Positions 1 through 9,641 are shown, numbered from the stretch's first letter. The stretch is 64,000 nucleotides of DNA from Myxococcota bacterium (GCA_965223415.1 OZ245002.1:3360001-3424000), one strand, 5' to 3'. A program made the numbers and translations. Notes: a model not told the origin generated them from the sequence alone.

Positions 1-414
1 ACGGGAGGCTGCCTCTGCGGGGCGGTTCGCTACGAGCTCGACCACGAGATTGGGCCGCTCTTCAACTGCCACTGCCGCTTCTGTCGTCGCGCTCACGGAG
101 CGGCGTTCGTGACGAGCACTGCGGTGCCGACCCGGGCGCTCCGCTTCACGAGCGGCGAGGAGGATCTCGCCCGCCACGGCGGGCGCTGGTTCTGCCGGCG
201 ATGCGCGACCCGGCTCTTCAACCGCCTCGACACCCGGCCGGAGCTCACGGTCCTGATCGTCACGAGCCTCGACGAGGAGCCGAGCTCGGCGCCCGTCGTG
301 CACGCCAACTGCGAATCCAAGGCGCCCTGGTACGAGATCCTGGGCGACACCCCGCGTTTCGACGACTTCCCGCCGGCGGCGAAGGCGATGATGGCCGGCC
401 GCCCAGTGGACTAG
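1..414 (+). CDS. GFA (glutathione-dependent formaldehyde-activating/CENP-V) family protein, 5' truncated by window edge
   Basis: Frame 1 from base 1 reads TGGCLCGAVRY...NCHCRFCRRAHGAAF...RWFCRRC, the Zn-binding Cys pattern of the GFA family. Confidence 0.9.
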   Translation, partial: TGGCLCGAVRYELDHEIGPLFNCHCRFCRRAHGAAFVTSTAVPTRALRFTSGEEDLARHGGRWFCRRCATRLFNRLDTRPELTVLIVTSLDEEPSSAPVVHANCESKAPWYEILGDTPRFDDFPPAAKAMMAGRPVD

Positions 415-450
415 CGTGGATCGGTTCCGGTCGCAGACGGGTCGCGCAGC

Positions 451-633
451 CAGGGCCACCGGCGGCCGCGGCCAGGCCCTCAGCGGCGCCTGGGCGCGGG
501 CCCGGCACCGCGACGCCTCGCCCAGATGCAGGGTGAGGTGGTCGCGAATCGCTCGCGCCCGCTCCCGGCCCACCCCGCGGACCGTCTCGAGCCGGCCGTT
601 GTGGGTCGCGACCTCGAGGTCCTCCAGGGTCTC
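451..633 (-). pseudogene. Fragment of a helix-hairpin-helix (PolX-N-like) DNA-binding protein
   Basis: Minus frame reads ETLEDLEVATHNGRLETVRGVGRERARAIRDHL...RPPVAL; no convincing start and no intact C-terminus. Confidence 0.5.
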
Positions 634-752
634 GGCGCACGCCCGCCTTCCTGGCAAGCCCGCCACGGACCAGCGTGTATCCAGCGCGCCCGTCCCACCG
701 AGGAACGCCGGTTGGCACTTCACATTTCCGAGACCGGCTCTAGACTCGGCCG

Positions 753-1667
753 ATGCCGCGCCTGCGCAAGCCCCGAGCCGTCCGCCCGGGCGCCACCGTG
801 GGCATCGCGGCGCCGGCGTTCCCCGTGGATGCGGGCCATCTCGAAGCGGGCGTCGCCGCGCTCGAAGGCGCGGGCTTCCGGGTGCGCCGCCGGGGCGATC
901 CGACCCGCGCCCGCGGCTACCTCGCCGGGACCGACGGCGCCCGCGCCCGCCAGCTGATGGCGCTGGTCGACGATCCCCGGGTCGACGCCATCGTGTGCGT
1001 GCGCGGCGGCTACGGCTGCCAGCGAATGCTCGGCGGGCTCGACGCCGTGCGGGTCCGCGGCGCCGGCAAGCCCCTGGTCGGCTTCAGCGATGTCACGACG
1101 CTCCTCCTGTGGCAGCGGCGCCTGGCCGGCCTGGTCGGCTTCCACGGCCTCATGTTCAACGAGGCCCACGGCCCGGGTGCCGAGGAGCTGGCCTCCTTCG
1201 CTGCTGCCTTGGCCGGCGATCCCCAGCCGCCCTTCGAGGGCGAAGGCCGCCGCCGCGGCCTCGCGCGGGGGCGGCTCGCCGGTGGCTCGCTCACCCTGCT
1301 CGCGGCCAGTCTCGGCACGCCGTGGGAGGTCGACACCCGCGACACCATCCTGCTGCTCGAGGAGATCGGCGAGAAGCCCTACGCCCTCGACCGGCTGGTG
1401 ACGCAGCTGGCCTCCGCGGGCAAGCTCGCCCGGGTGCAGGGGGTCGGGGTGGGCCACCTGGTCGGCTGCTACGACAAGAAGCGCGCCCGGCCCGAGGCGG
1501 AGGAGGTGCTGCTCGAGCTCCTCGGGCCGCTCGGCGTCCCGATCGTCTTCGGCTTGCCATTCGGCCATCGGAGCCCGAACCTGACCTGGGCCATGGGGGT
1601 GCGCGCCGAGCTCGACGGGCGGCGCGGGACGCTGACGCTGCTGGAGAGCGGAGTCCAGAGGGGGTGA
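753..1667 (+). CDS. ldcA: LD-carboxypeptidase (peptidase S66)
   Basis: RGGYG, GFSDVT (catalytic Ser), LEEIGE and FGH motifs. Confidence 0.92.
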   Translation: MPRLRKPRAVRPGATVGIAAPAFPVDAGHLEAGVAALEGAGFRVRRRGDPTRARGYLAGTDGARARQLMALVDDPRVDAIVCVRGGYGCQRMLGGLDAVRVRGAGKPLVGFSDVTTLLLWQRRLAGLVGFHGLMFNEAHGPGAEELASFAAALAGDPQPPFEGEGRRRGLARGRLAGGSLTLLAASLGTPWEVDTRDTILLLEEIGEKPYALDRLVTQLASAGKLARVQGVGVGHLVGCYDKKRARPEAEEVLLELLGPLGVPIVFGLPFGHRSPNLTWAMGVRAELDGRRGTLTLLESGVQRG

Positions 1668-1674
1668 GAGGTCG

Positions 1675-2823
1675 ATGAGGTTTGCTGTCATCCGGCGCAA
1701 GCTCGGCAAGGTGGATCGGGCGCTGGACAAGGCCATCGACGGCGCGGACATGCCCGGCGCCGTCGTCCTGGCGAGCATGCGCCGCGAGGGCGAGCTGCTG
1801 GAGCACGCCTCCGTCCGCGGCCTGGCGGTGGCCCGGCCCGAGCGCATCCCGATGGCGCGAGAGACCATCTTCGACCTGGCCTCGCTCACGAAGGTGATGG
1901 CGACGACCACGGTGCTCCTCGGACTCGTCCACGAGGGCCGCCTCGGCCTGGACGATCCGGTCGCCAAGCACCTGCCCCACTTCCACGAGCGGGACAAGGA
2001 AGGGGTGACGATCCGCCACCTGCTCACCCACTCGTCCGGCCTCAAGCCCTGGCGCGCCTTCCACGAGGCGCTGCTCGAGCGGGAGCGCAAGAAGGGCCAG
2101 GAGATCATCGGCACCCCCGAGGCGAAGGCCTGGGTGATCGAGAGCATTTGTCGCTCGGCCCTGGTGCACGAGCCGGGCACGGCCGCCGTCTACGGCGATC
2201 TCGACATGATCGTGCTCGGCGCGGTGATCGAGGCGGTCGCGGGCCAGGCCCTCGATGCGGTGTGCGACGAGCGGGTCTTCCGCCCGCTCGGCCTGAAGCA
2301 CACCGGCTTCGTCCCCCTCGCCCAGGCCGAGGCGCCGGACGCGGTTCGCCGGGGCTTCGCCGCCACCGAGAACTGCTCCTGGCGCGGGCGCATCCTGTGG
2401 GGGGAGGTCCACGACCCCAACGCCTCGGTGATGGGAGGCGTGGCCGGCCACGCAGGGCTCTTCGCGCCGGCGGACGACGTGCTGCGCTTCGGTCAGACCG
2501 TGCTGGACGTCTGGCACGGGCGCAGCGAGGCGCTGCCGCGCGAGACGCTCCAGACCTTCCTCACCCGCCAGAACCTGCCGGAGAACTCGGGCTGGGCCCT
2601 GGGCTGGGACACGCCGAGCGAGGGCGCCTCGTCGGCGGGCGGCCACTTCTCCCTCAGCTCCGTCGGACATCTGGGCTTCACCGGCACCTCGCTGTGGATC
2701 GACCTCGAGGCCGACTGCGTGATCGTGATGCTGACCAACCGCGTGCACCTGGTGGCGAAGAAGAGCAAGTTCACGCTGCGCGCTGAGATCCACGACCTCA
2801 TCCGGGACGCCTTCGTCGCCTGA
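1675..2823 (+). CDS. Serine hydrolase, beta-lactamase/AmpC-like family
   Basis: FDLASLTK (SxxK), LLTHSSGL, GEVHDPNA, GHAGLF and GHLGFTGTSLWID motifs. Confidence 0.9.
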   Translation: MRFAVIRRKLGKVDRALDKAIDGADMPGAVVLASMRREGELLEHASVRGLAVARPERIPMARETIFDLASLTKVMATTTVLLGLVHEGRLGLDDPVAKHLPHFHERDKEGVTIRHLLTHSSGLKPWRAFHEALLERERKKGQEIIGTPEAKAWVIESICRSALVHEPGTAAVYGDLDMIVLGAVIEAVAGQALDAVCDERVFRPLGLKHTGFVPLAQAEAPDAVRRGFAATENCSWRGRILWGEVHDPNASVMGGVAGHAGLFAPADDVLRFGQTVLDVWHGRSEALPRETLQTFLTRQNLPENSGWALGWDTPSEGASSAGGHFSLSSVGHLGFTGTSLWIDLEADCVIVMLTNRVHLVAKKSKFTLRAEIHDLIRDAFVA

Positions 2824-2841
2824 GCCGGAGGGACGCCTCCC

Positions 2842-4266
2842 TTGCACGTCCACTTCGTTGCTATCGCCGGCACCGGCATGGGCTCCCTCGCGGGCCTGCT
2901 CAAGGGCCGGGGCTGGGAGGTGACCGGCTCCGACGAGGGCGTGTACCCGCCCATGAGCACAGCCCTCGAGGGCTGGGGAATTCCGGTGCGGCAGGGCTTC
3001 GATCCGGCCCATGTCCGCGAACGGCGGCCGGACCTCGTCGTGATCGGCAACGCCGTGCGGCCCGACAACCCGGAGGCCCGGGCCGCCCTGGACGACGGCC
3101 TCCCGGTGCTCTCGTTCCCCGACGCCCTCTACGAGCACGCCATCCGCGGTCGCCACTCGGTGGTCGTGACCGGAACCCACGGGAAGACGACGACCACGAG
3201 CCTCATCGCGACCCTGCTCTACGAGGTCGGGCGCGATCCCTCGATGCTCGTCGGCGGTCTCACGGCGAACTTCGACGGCAGCTTCCGGGAGGGGAGCGGC
3301 CCGGAATTCGTCGTCGAGGGCGACGAGTACGACACGGTCTTCTTCGACAAGACGCCGAAGTTCCTGCACTACCACCCGGACACCCTCGTCATCACGTCGA
3401 TCGAGTTCGACCACGCCGACATCTACCGGGACCTGGCGCACATCCAGGAGCAGTTCCGCACCCTGGTGTCGCGGATGCCCGCCGGGGGGACGATCGTGGC
3501 GGCGGCGGATTCGCCGACCGTCGCAGCGGTGCTGGACGCGGCACCGTGTCGGGTCGTCACCTACGGCGTGGAGGACGGTGCCCCCAGCGCCGGCGACCTG
3601 GTCGCCACCGCCCTCGCGACCGACGCGGACGGCGTCGTCTTCGACGTGCGGCGCGGCGGCGAGGTGATCGCCCGCCCGCGCCTCGGGCTCGTGGGGAGCC
3701 ACAACGTGGCCAACGCCCTGGCCGGGCTGCTGGCCGTCGAGGCGACGGGCGTCGGCCTTGCCGAGGCGGCCGCCGTCCTCGAGCGCTACCGGGGCGTGAA
3801 GCGCCGCCAGGAGGTGCGCGGCGAAGCCGGCGGCGTGCTCGTGATCGACGACTTCGCCCATCACCCCACCGCGGTGCGCGGAACCGTCGAAGCCCTGGCG
3901 GCGCGCTACGCGGGCCGCCGGATCGTCGCCGTCTTCGAGCCCCGCTCGAACACCAGCCGCCGGGCGCTCTTCCAGGAGGACTACGCGCGCTCCTTCGACG
4001 CCGCGGCTCACGTGGTCGTGGCCGAAGTTGACGCGGACCCGATCTACAGCGCCACCGGAGAGGTCACCGAGCGTCTCTCCGCCCGCCGGCTCGCCGACGA
4101 TCTCGTTGCGCGGGGCATCGCTGCCGTGGCCCGCGAGGACGTCGACGCGATCGTCGCGCACCTGGCCCGCGAGCTCGTTCCCGGCGACGTCGTCGTCACC
4201 CTCTCCAACGGCGGCTTCGGAGGCATCTGGGACAAGCTCCTGGCCCGGCTCGGCGAGCCTTCCTAG
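2842..4266 (+). CDS. mpl: UDP-MurNAc:L-Ala-gamma-D-Glu-meso-DAP ligase (murein peptide ligase)
   Basis: IAGTGMG, VYPPMS, GTHGKTTT, EGDEYD, EFDHADIY, DDFAHHPTA and FEPRSNT motifs; TTG start after GGAGG. Confidence 0.92.
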   Translation: MHVHFVAIAGTGMGSLAGLLKGRGWEVTGSDEGVYPPMSTALEGWGIPVRQGFDPAHVRERRPDLVVIGNAVRPDNPEARAALDDGLPVLSFPDALYEHAIRGRHSVVVTGTHGKTTTTSLIATLLYEVGRDPSMLVGGLTANFDGSFREGSGPEFVVEGDEYDTVFFDKTPKFLHYHPDTLVITSIEFDHADIYRDLAHIQEQFRTLVSRMPAGGTIVAAADSPTVAAVLDAAPCRVVTYGVEDGAPSAGDLVATALATDADGVVFDVRRGGEVIARPRLGLVGSHNVANALAGLLAVEATGVGLAEAAAVLERYRGVKRRQEVRGEAGGVLVIDDFAHHPTAVRGTVEALAARYAGRRIVAVFEPRSNTSRRALFQEDYARSFDAAAHVVVAEVDADPIYSATGEVTERLSARRLADDLVARGIAAVAREDVDAIVAHLARELVPGDVVVTLSNGGFGGIWDKLLARLGEPS

Positions 4267-4278
4267 AGCCTCCGCTCG

Positions 4279-6108
4279 CTATACCGGCAGCCCGACGCTC
4301 CGCATCAGCTCGATCGCGTTGCTCTTCGTCACCACGCCCTTGCGCATGCGGTAGTCGAACGCGATCTGGCCCTCCTCGAGCTGGTCCTCGAAGTGCACGT
4401 TCAGGGCGGTGCGCAGCGCTTCGGCCACGCGGGTGAGCGCCAGGTCGTGGGTCGTCACGAGGCCCACGGCGCCGCGCTCGGCCAGGGCCTTCACGATCGC
4501 TTCCGCGCCGATGCCGCGATCGTGGGAGTTGGTGCCGTGGAAGATCTCGTCGAGCAGGAAGAGCAGGGGGAGGTCGCCTTCGGCCAGCTCGACGACCTGG
4601 CGGACGCGCTTGATCTCCGCGTAGAAATGGGAGGTGCCCTCCTGGAGCGAGTCGACGACGTGGAGCGACGCGCCGATCGCGAGGGGCGAGAGGCGCATGG
4701 CCTCCGCACAGACCGGAGCCCCGGCCTGGGCGAGCACGGCGGCGACGCCCACGCTCCGCAGGAGCGTGCTCTTGCCCGACATGTTGGAGCCCGAGACGAT
4801 CAGGACCTGTCGGGTCTCGTCGAGGCGCACGTCGTTGCGCACGCACACGTCGGCGGGGATCAGCGGGTGTCCGAGTCCGCGCGCCTGGAAGCGCGGCGAG
4901 TCCTCGGCGAAGGCGGGGAAGGTGTGGTCCAGGTTCTCGTAGGCGGTGCTGGCCACGGAGACGAGGGCCTCGAACTCGGAGACGGCGTCGATCCAGTCGC
5001 CCAGGTTGGGGCCGCAGGCCGCGCGCCAGCGCTCGATCGTGAGGGCCAGCTGGCTGGTCCAGAGCACGAGGGCGCCGAAGGGCGCGAAGAACATGTTGCG
5101 ACGGGCGTCGAGCAGCTCGACCCAACGACGGAGGCGGGCGATCTGCACGGACGGGGGGAGCCCCTCGGTCTCCACGGCCATGCGCAGGGCGACCAGGCGC
5201 GGCGAGTGGGCCGGCTCGCGCTCGAAGCGCTCGAGGAGCCGGGCCAGGAGGTCGAGGTCGCGCGTCGGCCCCTCGACGGCGGAGACGATGGCGCTGACCC
5301 GGCGACGGAGGCGCCAGGCGAAGGCTCCCTGGGCGGCGCCGGCCACGGCGAAGGCCATCGGTCCCACGGGCCCCAGGGCACCGAGCAGCCAAGCGACGAG
5401 GGAGCCCACGGTGAAGGTGGCCAGCGCCCCGGCCACCAGGTGCTGGCTCCTGCCGAAGCCGACCGGCGGCGCCTCGCCCCAGCGGCGCAGGGCGCTCGGA
5501 TGCAGGCCCGAGCGCACGTCGTCGCCCAGCAGGCACAGCTCTTCCCGCAGGCCGAGGCGATCGCGTAGCTCCTGGGCGGCCTGCTGCCGGGCCAGGGCCA
5601 CCTCCGGCGGCGCCGGCGCCAGGAGCCAACCGGCCAGCACGTCCTCTCCGCCGCGGGTGCGGGCCAGGCACATGCGCTCGAAGAGGGAGCCTTCGCCGAA
5701 GAGGTCGAGGTCGCGGGCGTAAGGGTGCCCTTCGGGCTCGTGCTCGCTGCCGCTGGTTCCGGTGCCGGCGAAGCGGTGCTCGAGGCGCGCGAGGCCGCGC
5801 TCGTAGAAGGCCCGGGCGCGCTCGGCCCGCTCGCGCGCGCGGATCACCCGGTCGTGCCAGACGAGGAGCGCGATGAACGCCAGCGCGGGCACGGCGAGCC
5901 AGCCTGCGGCCAACGCGTCGGCACCGAACACGGCGAAGAGCAGGGCGACGCCGGCCGCGAAGGCGGCGAGCCGCGCCTGCTGGAGCCGCGCGTCGAGGAC
6001 GGACCAGCGGTCGGCCTCGCGCCCGCGATCGGCCAGACGGGCGGCGTAGACCGACGCCGGGCTCCCGGTCCGGTCCGTCGCATCGGGGGATGTCGGGTAT
6101 TCGCTCAC
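4279..6108 (-). CDS. MutS domain V ATPase with N-terminal transmembrane helices
   Basis: GSNMSGKST Walker A, SHFYAEI, LLDEIFHGTNS and TTHDL motifs; hydrophobic segments; GTG start overlaps the thiD stop. Confidence 0.88.
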   Translation of the reverse strand: MSEYPTSPDATDRTGSPASVYAARLADRGREADRWSVLDARLQQARLAAFAAGVALLFAVFGADALAAGWLAVPALAFIALLVWHDRVIRARERAERARAFYERGLARLEHRFAGTGTSGSEHEPEGHPYARDLDLFGEGSLFERMCLARTRGGEDVLAGWLLAPAPPEVALARQQAAQELRDRLGLREELCLLGDDVRSGLHPSALRRWGEAPPVGFGRSQHLVAGALATFTVGSLVAWLLGALGPVGPMAFAVAGAAQGAFAWRLRRRVSAIVSAVEGPTRDLDLLARLLERFEREPAHSPRLVALRMAVETEGLPPSVQIARLRRWVELLDARRNMFFAPFGALVLWTSQLALTIERWRAACGPNLGDWIDAVSEFEALVSVASTAYENLDHTFPAFAEDSPRFQARGLGHPLIPADVCVRNDVRLDETRQVLIVSGSNMSGKSTLLRSVGVAAVLAQAGAPVCAEAMRLSPLAIGASLHVVDSLQEGTSHFYAEIKRVRQVVELAEGDLPLLFLLDEIFHGTNSHDRGIGAEAIVKALAERGAVGLVTTHDLALTRVAEALRTALNVHFEDQLEEGQIAFDYRMRKGVVTKSNAIELMRSVGLPV

Positions 6109-6908
6109 GGTGGCACCGGCAGGCCGAGGAGCCGGGCGCCTCCGCCCGGCGCGAAGGAGGCGCGGATCGCGTCGGCGACGAAGCGTCGCGCGTCGGCCAC
6201 GGCCTCGCGGAGGGGCAGGTCCCGGGCGAGCAGGGCGGTGATCGTCGCGGCCAGGGCGCAGCCCGTCCCGTGCACCGCGCCCACGTCGATGCGCTCGCCG
6301 GGAAGCCACTCGACCTGGACGGCGTCGCCCTCGCGGAAGGCCAGCACGTCGTCCGGAGCGCCCTCGGCGTGGCCGCCCTTCACCAGGGCGGCGCCTGCAC
6401 CCAGCTCCTCGACGAACGCCCGGGCCGCTGCCTCAGCACCGCCTCGTCCGCCGACGTCGTGGCCGAGCAGCGCCTCGGCCTCCGGGCGGTTCGGCGTCAC
6501 CAGGGCCGCACGCGGGAAGAGCTCCACGAGCGCACCCCAGGCCCGGCGCTCGAGCAGCGGCGTGCCGTCGCTGGCCATCAGCACCGGGTCGATCACGACC
6601 GGTACCGCGGTCGGCAGGACGTCCAGGGCCAGGGCGACGGCGCGCACCACGTCGTCGCTGGCGAGCATGCCCAGCTTGAGCGCGTGGGGCGGCAGATCCC
6701 GGAGCAGCACCCGAAGCTGGTCGAGCATCACCGAGGGGAAGGTCGGCAGCACCCGATGGACCTTGGCGGTGTCCTGGATGGTGAGGGCGGTCGGCACGCC
6801 GGAGCCGTGGACGCCGAGACTGCGGAAGACCTGGAGATCGAGCTGGAGCCCGGCACCCCCGGTGGGATCCGAGCCGGCCACCGAGCATGCGATCCTCCGG
6901 GCGGTCAT
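6105..6908 (-). CDS. thiD: Hydroxymethylpyrimidine/phosphomethylpyrimidine kinase
   Basis: AGSDPTGGAG, KLGML, DPVL, TPNRPEA, KGGH and HGTGC motifs. Confidence 0.93.
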   Translation of the reverse strand: MTARRIACSVAGSDPTGGAGLQLDLQVFRSLGVHGSGVPTALTIQDTAKVHRVLPTFPSVMLDQLRVLLRDLPPHALKLGMLASDDVVRAVALALDVLPTAVPVVIDPVLMASDGTPLLERRAWGALVELFPRAALVTPNRPEAEALLGHDVGGRGGAEAAARAFVEELGAGAALVKGGHAEGAPDDVLAFREGDAVQVEWLPGERIDVGAVHGTGCALAATITALLARDLPLREAVADARRFVADAIRASFAPGGGARLLGLPVPP

Positions 6909-6946
6909 GGGCGGGGAGGGTAATGAACGGTAAGCTCGGCGCCCCG

Positions 6947-7615
6947 ATGCGGCGCGCGACACGAATCAGCGGGATCGTCCTCGGTCTGCTGCTGGCCGCG
7001 GCGGCGGCCGCAGCCCAGGGCAGCTGGTACGCCGAGAAGTACCGGGCCGGCGACGTGCCGGTCAGCGTCGAGCAGCTCTGGTCCCGCGGGCCGCTCTTCC
7101 GCTCGGAAACAGTGATCAACGGCCACCCGATCGTGAACCTGGTCGTGGGCGACCGCTACGTCATCATCGATCGGCTCACCGGGAAGGGCGTGAGCATCGT
7201 CCGCCATCCGAAGGCGGTGCGGGAGGCGGAAGCGGGCCGCCGTCCCTTCGGCAACGAGCTCACGGAGCTGACCCGGGCCGGCGGCGAGTTCGTGCGTCAG
7301 GAGGACTTCGCCGGCAACCGGTGCGACCTCTATCGCCTTACGAGCCACGAGGGGCGCCGCGAGGTCTGTGCTACGACGGACGACGAGAAGCTGCCGGTGC
7401 TCACGCGGGTCTGGATGCGGCGCACGCAGCGCCAGGCCGAGAGCCGCTACGTCAACTGGACCCGCCAGGTCGACGTTCCCGAGAGCTTCTTCGCGCCCGA
7501 TCCCCGCATCCCGCTCCAGGAGATCACCTACCAGGAGTACGTCGACCGCGCCCCGAAGGACCTGGAGCTCCCCGCTCCGCCCCTGTACCACGATCTCCTC
7601 CACGGAACCCGCTGA
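6947..7615 (+). CDS. Secreted hypothetical protein (possibly LolA/DUF4412-like beta fold)
   Basis: Signal peptide (GIVLGLLLAAAAAAA); typical codon usage; alternative ATG at 6923. Confidence 0.7.
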   Translation: MRRATRISGIVLGLLLAAAAAAAQGSWYAEKYRAGDVPVSVEQLWSRGPLFRSETVINGHPIVNLVVGDRYVIIDRLTGKGVSIVRHPKAVREAEAGRRPFGNELTELTRAGGEFVRQEDFAGNRCDLYRLTSHEGRREVCATTDDEKLPVLTRVWMRRTQRQAESRYVNWTRQVDVPESFFAPDPRIPLQEITYQEYVDRAPKDLELPAPPLYHDLLHGTR

Positions 7616-7632
7616 ACGCGACGGGTGGAAGC

Positions 7633-8742
7633 TCAGCTGACCCAGGTGATGTTGGCGTCGGCGACGGCGGGGGAGCGGGCGGCGAGGATGGCGAGCTTGC
7701 GGGCGACGTTGCCGGCGAGGGTGCGGAAGGCCAGGGCGGCGTCGCTATCCGGGGCGTGGAGCACGATCGGGCGGCCCTGGTCGCCGCCCTCGACGACCTG
7801 CGGGTCGATCGGCACCTCGCCCAGGAAGTCGACGCCGAGCTCGTCGGCCACGCGCTTTGCGCCGTCCTGGCCGAAGATGTGGTACTTGCGGTCCGGCAGG
7901 TCCGGCGGCACGAAGTAGGCCATGTTCTCGACGATGCCGAGCACCGGCACGTCCACCTTCTCGAACATGCTGAGGCCCTTGCGGGCATCGATCACCGAGA
8001 GGTCGTTGGCCGTCGTCACGATCACGGCGCCCGAGAGCGGCGCCTGCTGGGTGAGGGTGAGGGCGGCGTCGCCGGTGCCGGGCGGCAGGTCGATCACCAG
8101 GTAGTCGAGCTCGCCCCAGTCCACGTCGACCAGGAACTGGCGGATCAGCCCGTGCACCATCGGGCCGCGCCAGATGACCGGCGAGCTTTCGGTGATGAAG
8201 AAGCCCATCGACATGAGCTTGAGGCCCATCGCTTCGAGCGGGAGGATCTTGGTCTCCTCCCCGTCCTTCACGGTCTCCGGGCGCTCGTTCACGCCGGTGA
8301 GCAGGGGGAGCGAAGGGCCGTAGACGTCGGCGTCCAACAGCCCGACGGTCGCACCGCTCTCGCGAAGGGCCAGGGCGAGGTTCACCGCCGTCGTGCTCTT
8401 GCCGACGCCGCCCTTGCCCGACGCCACCGCGATGGTGTTGCGGACGCCGGGCAGGACCGGCCCGCCCTGGGGCGCGGGGCCGCTGCGCCCGCGGGTGTTC
8501 GCGGTCATCGTGACGTCCGCCCGCTCCACGCCCGCCAGCGCCTCCACCCGCTCCGTCGCCTGGCGCTGGAACTCCTCCTTCACCGGGCAGGCCGGCGTCG
8601 TCAGCTCGATCTGGAAGGCGACCACGCCGCCCTCGATCCGCACGTCCTTCACGAAGCCGAGGTCGACGATGCTCTTGCCGAAGTCCGGGTCCACGATCGG
8701 GCGCAGGGCCTCGATCACGGCGCCCTCGGTGAGCGTGCTCAT
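7633..8742 (-). CDS. apbC: Mrp/NBP35 Fe-S cluster carrier ATPase with N-terminal DUF59-like domain
   Basis: LTTPACP, ASGKGGVGKST, DADVYGPS, WRGPM and DLPPGTGD motifs. Confidence 0.93.
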   Translation of the reverse strand: MSTLTEGAVIEALRPIVDPDFGKSIVDLGFVKDVRIEGGVVAFQIELTTPACPVKEEFQRQATERVEALAGVERADVTMTANTRGRSGPAPQGGPVLPGVRNTIAVASGKGGVGKSTTAVNLALALRESGATVGLLDADVYGPSLPLLTGVNERPETVKDGEETKILPLEAMGLKLMSMGFFITESSPVIWRGPMVHGLIRQFLVDVDWGELDYLVIDLPPGTGDAALTLTQQAPLSGAVIVTTANDLSVIDARKGLSMFEKVDVPVLGIVENMAYFVPPDLPDRKYHIFGQDGAKRVADELGVDFLGEVPIDPQVVEGGDQGRPIVLHAPDSDAALAFRTLAGNVARKLAILAARSPAVADANITWVS

Positions 8743-9206
8743 GAGATCTCCAGTGCCTGGGAGGGGCCGCTGCCGAGCCACTGCGCCATGTCCGGCTCGC
8801 GGCGGCGCAGGTCTTCGAGGGTGATGGTGGTGAGCACGCCGCGCACCGCCTGGTCCACGCTCCGCCACAGGGCCCGCAGGGCGCAATCGGTGCCCCGCAC
8901 GCAGTGGGGCTCCTGGCCGGGATGGCAGGCGCAGAAGCTCTCGGGGAAGAGCGCGCCACCCAGCACCTGGATCGCGTCCCACGCCGTGATCTGGCCGGCC
9001 GGCCGCGCCAGCCGATAGCCGCCGGAGGCGCCGCGGGTGCTCGAGACCAGGCCCCCGCGCCGCAGCGCCCGCAGCAGCTTTGCGGCGTAGTCCGCCGACA
9101 GGCCCTCGGCTCGGGCGATCTCGTGGATCGTCAGCCGCGCTCCCTCGTGCCGCGAGAGCTCGATCAGACAGCGGAGGCCGTACTCCTCCTGGGCCAGGAG
9201 CTGCAT
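8739..9206 (-). CDS. Rrf2 family transcriptional regulator (IscR-like, Cys-rich)
   Basis: EEYGLRCL, LVSSTRGASGGYRLARPA and C-x-C...C...C cluster; ATGA overlap with apbC. Confidence 0.9.
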   Translation of the reverse strand: MQLLAQEEYGLRCLIELSRHEGARLTIHEIARAEGLSADYAAKLLRALRRGGLVSSTRGASGGYRLARPAGQITAWDAIQVLGGALFPESFCACHPGQEPHCVRGTDCALRALWRSVDQAVRGVLTTITLEDLRRREPDMAQWLGSGPSQALEIS

Positions 9207-9224
9207 GGGGCGCACAGGCTCGGC

Positions 9225-9248
9225 AATCCGGACGGATCTGTCAAGATT
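9225..9248. promoter_or_regulatory. Candidate Rrf2/IscR-type operator overlapping a TTGACA -35 box of the minus-strand promoter
   Basis: AATCCGGAC-N6-GTCAAGATT imperfect palindrome (7/9); TGTCAA at 9239-9244. Confidence 0.55.
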
Positions 9249-9308
9249 CCTGCTTGCCCCGGGCCGGTGGGTCCGCGAGAGTGCCGCCCGCGCCGAGGAG
9301 GGGGGAAG

Positions 9309-9602
9309 ATGGAAGCCTGGAACGACTCGTGGTTCTGGATCGTGTTCGGAACCGTCGGTCAGTCGATGTTCTTCGCGCGCTTCCTCGTCCAGTGGGTCGC
9401 GTCGGAGCGCGCCGGGCGCAGCCACGTCCCCGTCGCCTTCTGGTGGCTCAGCCTGATCGGCGCCGCCATGATGTTCGTCTACGCCATCCATCGCAAGGAG
9501 CCGATCTTCCTGATCGGCCAGGCCGTGGGCTGGTTCGTCTACTCCCGCAACCTCATCCTGCTGCGACGCACGGGGGAGGCGGACAGCCCCTCCCGGCCCT
9601 AG
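9309..9602 (+). CDS. Lipid A biosynthesis N-terminal (LAB_N) domain membrane protein
   Basis: GQSMFFARFLVQWVASE...SHVPVAFWWLSLIG...YSRNL signature. Confidence 0.88.
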   Translation: MEAWNDSWFWIVFGTVGQSMFFARFLVQWVASERAGRSHVPVAFWWLSLIGAAMMFVYAIHRKEPIFLIGQAVGWFVYSRNLILLRRTGEADSPSRP

Positions 9603-9641
9603 CTTCAGGCCAGCTTCACCGCACTCTTCGAGACTTCCCCC

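Noticed and set aside
711..730. TTGGCAC as a sigma-54 site upstream of ldcA
   Set aside because: No GC at the -12 position; a TAGACT -10 explains the promoter better
416..752. N-terminal part of ORF 416-1678 containing GWHFT
   Set aside because: Opposite strand to the HhH remnant and otherwise low complexity; probably coincidental
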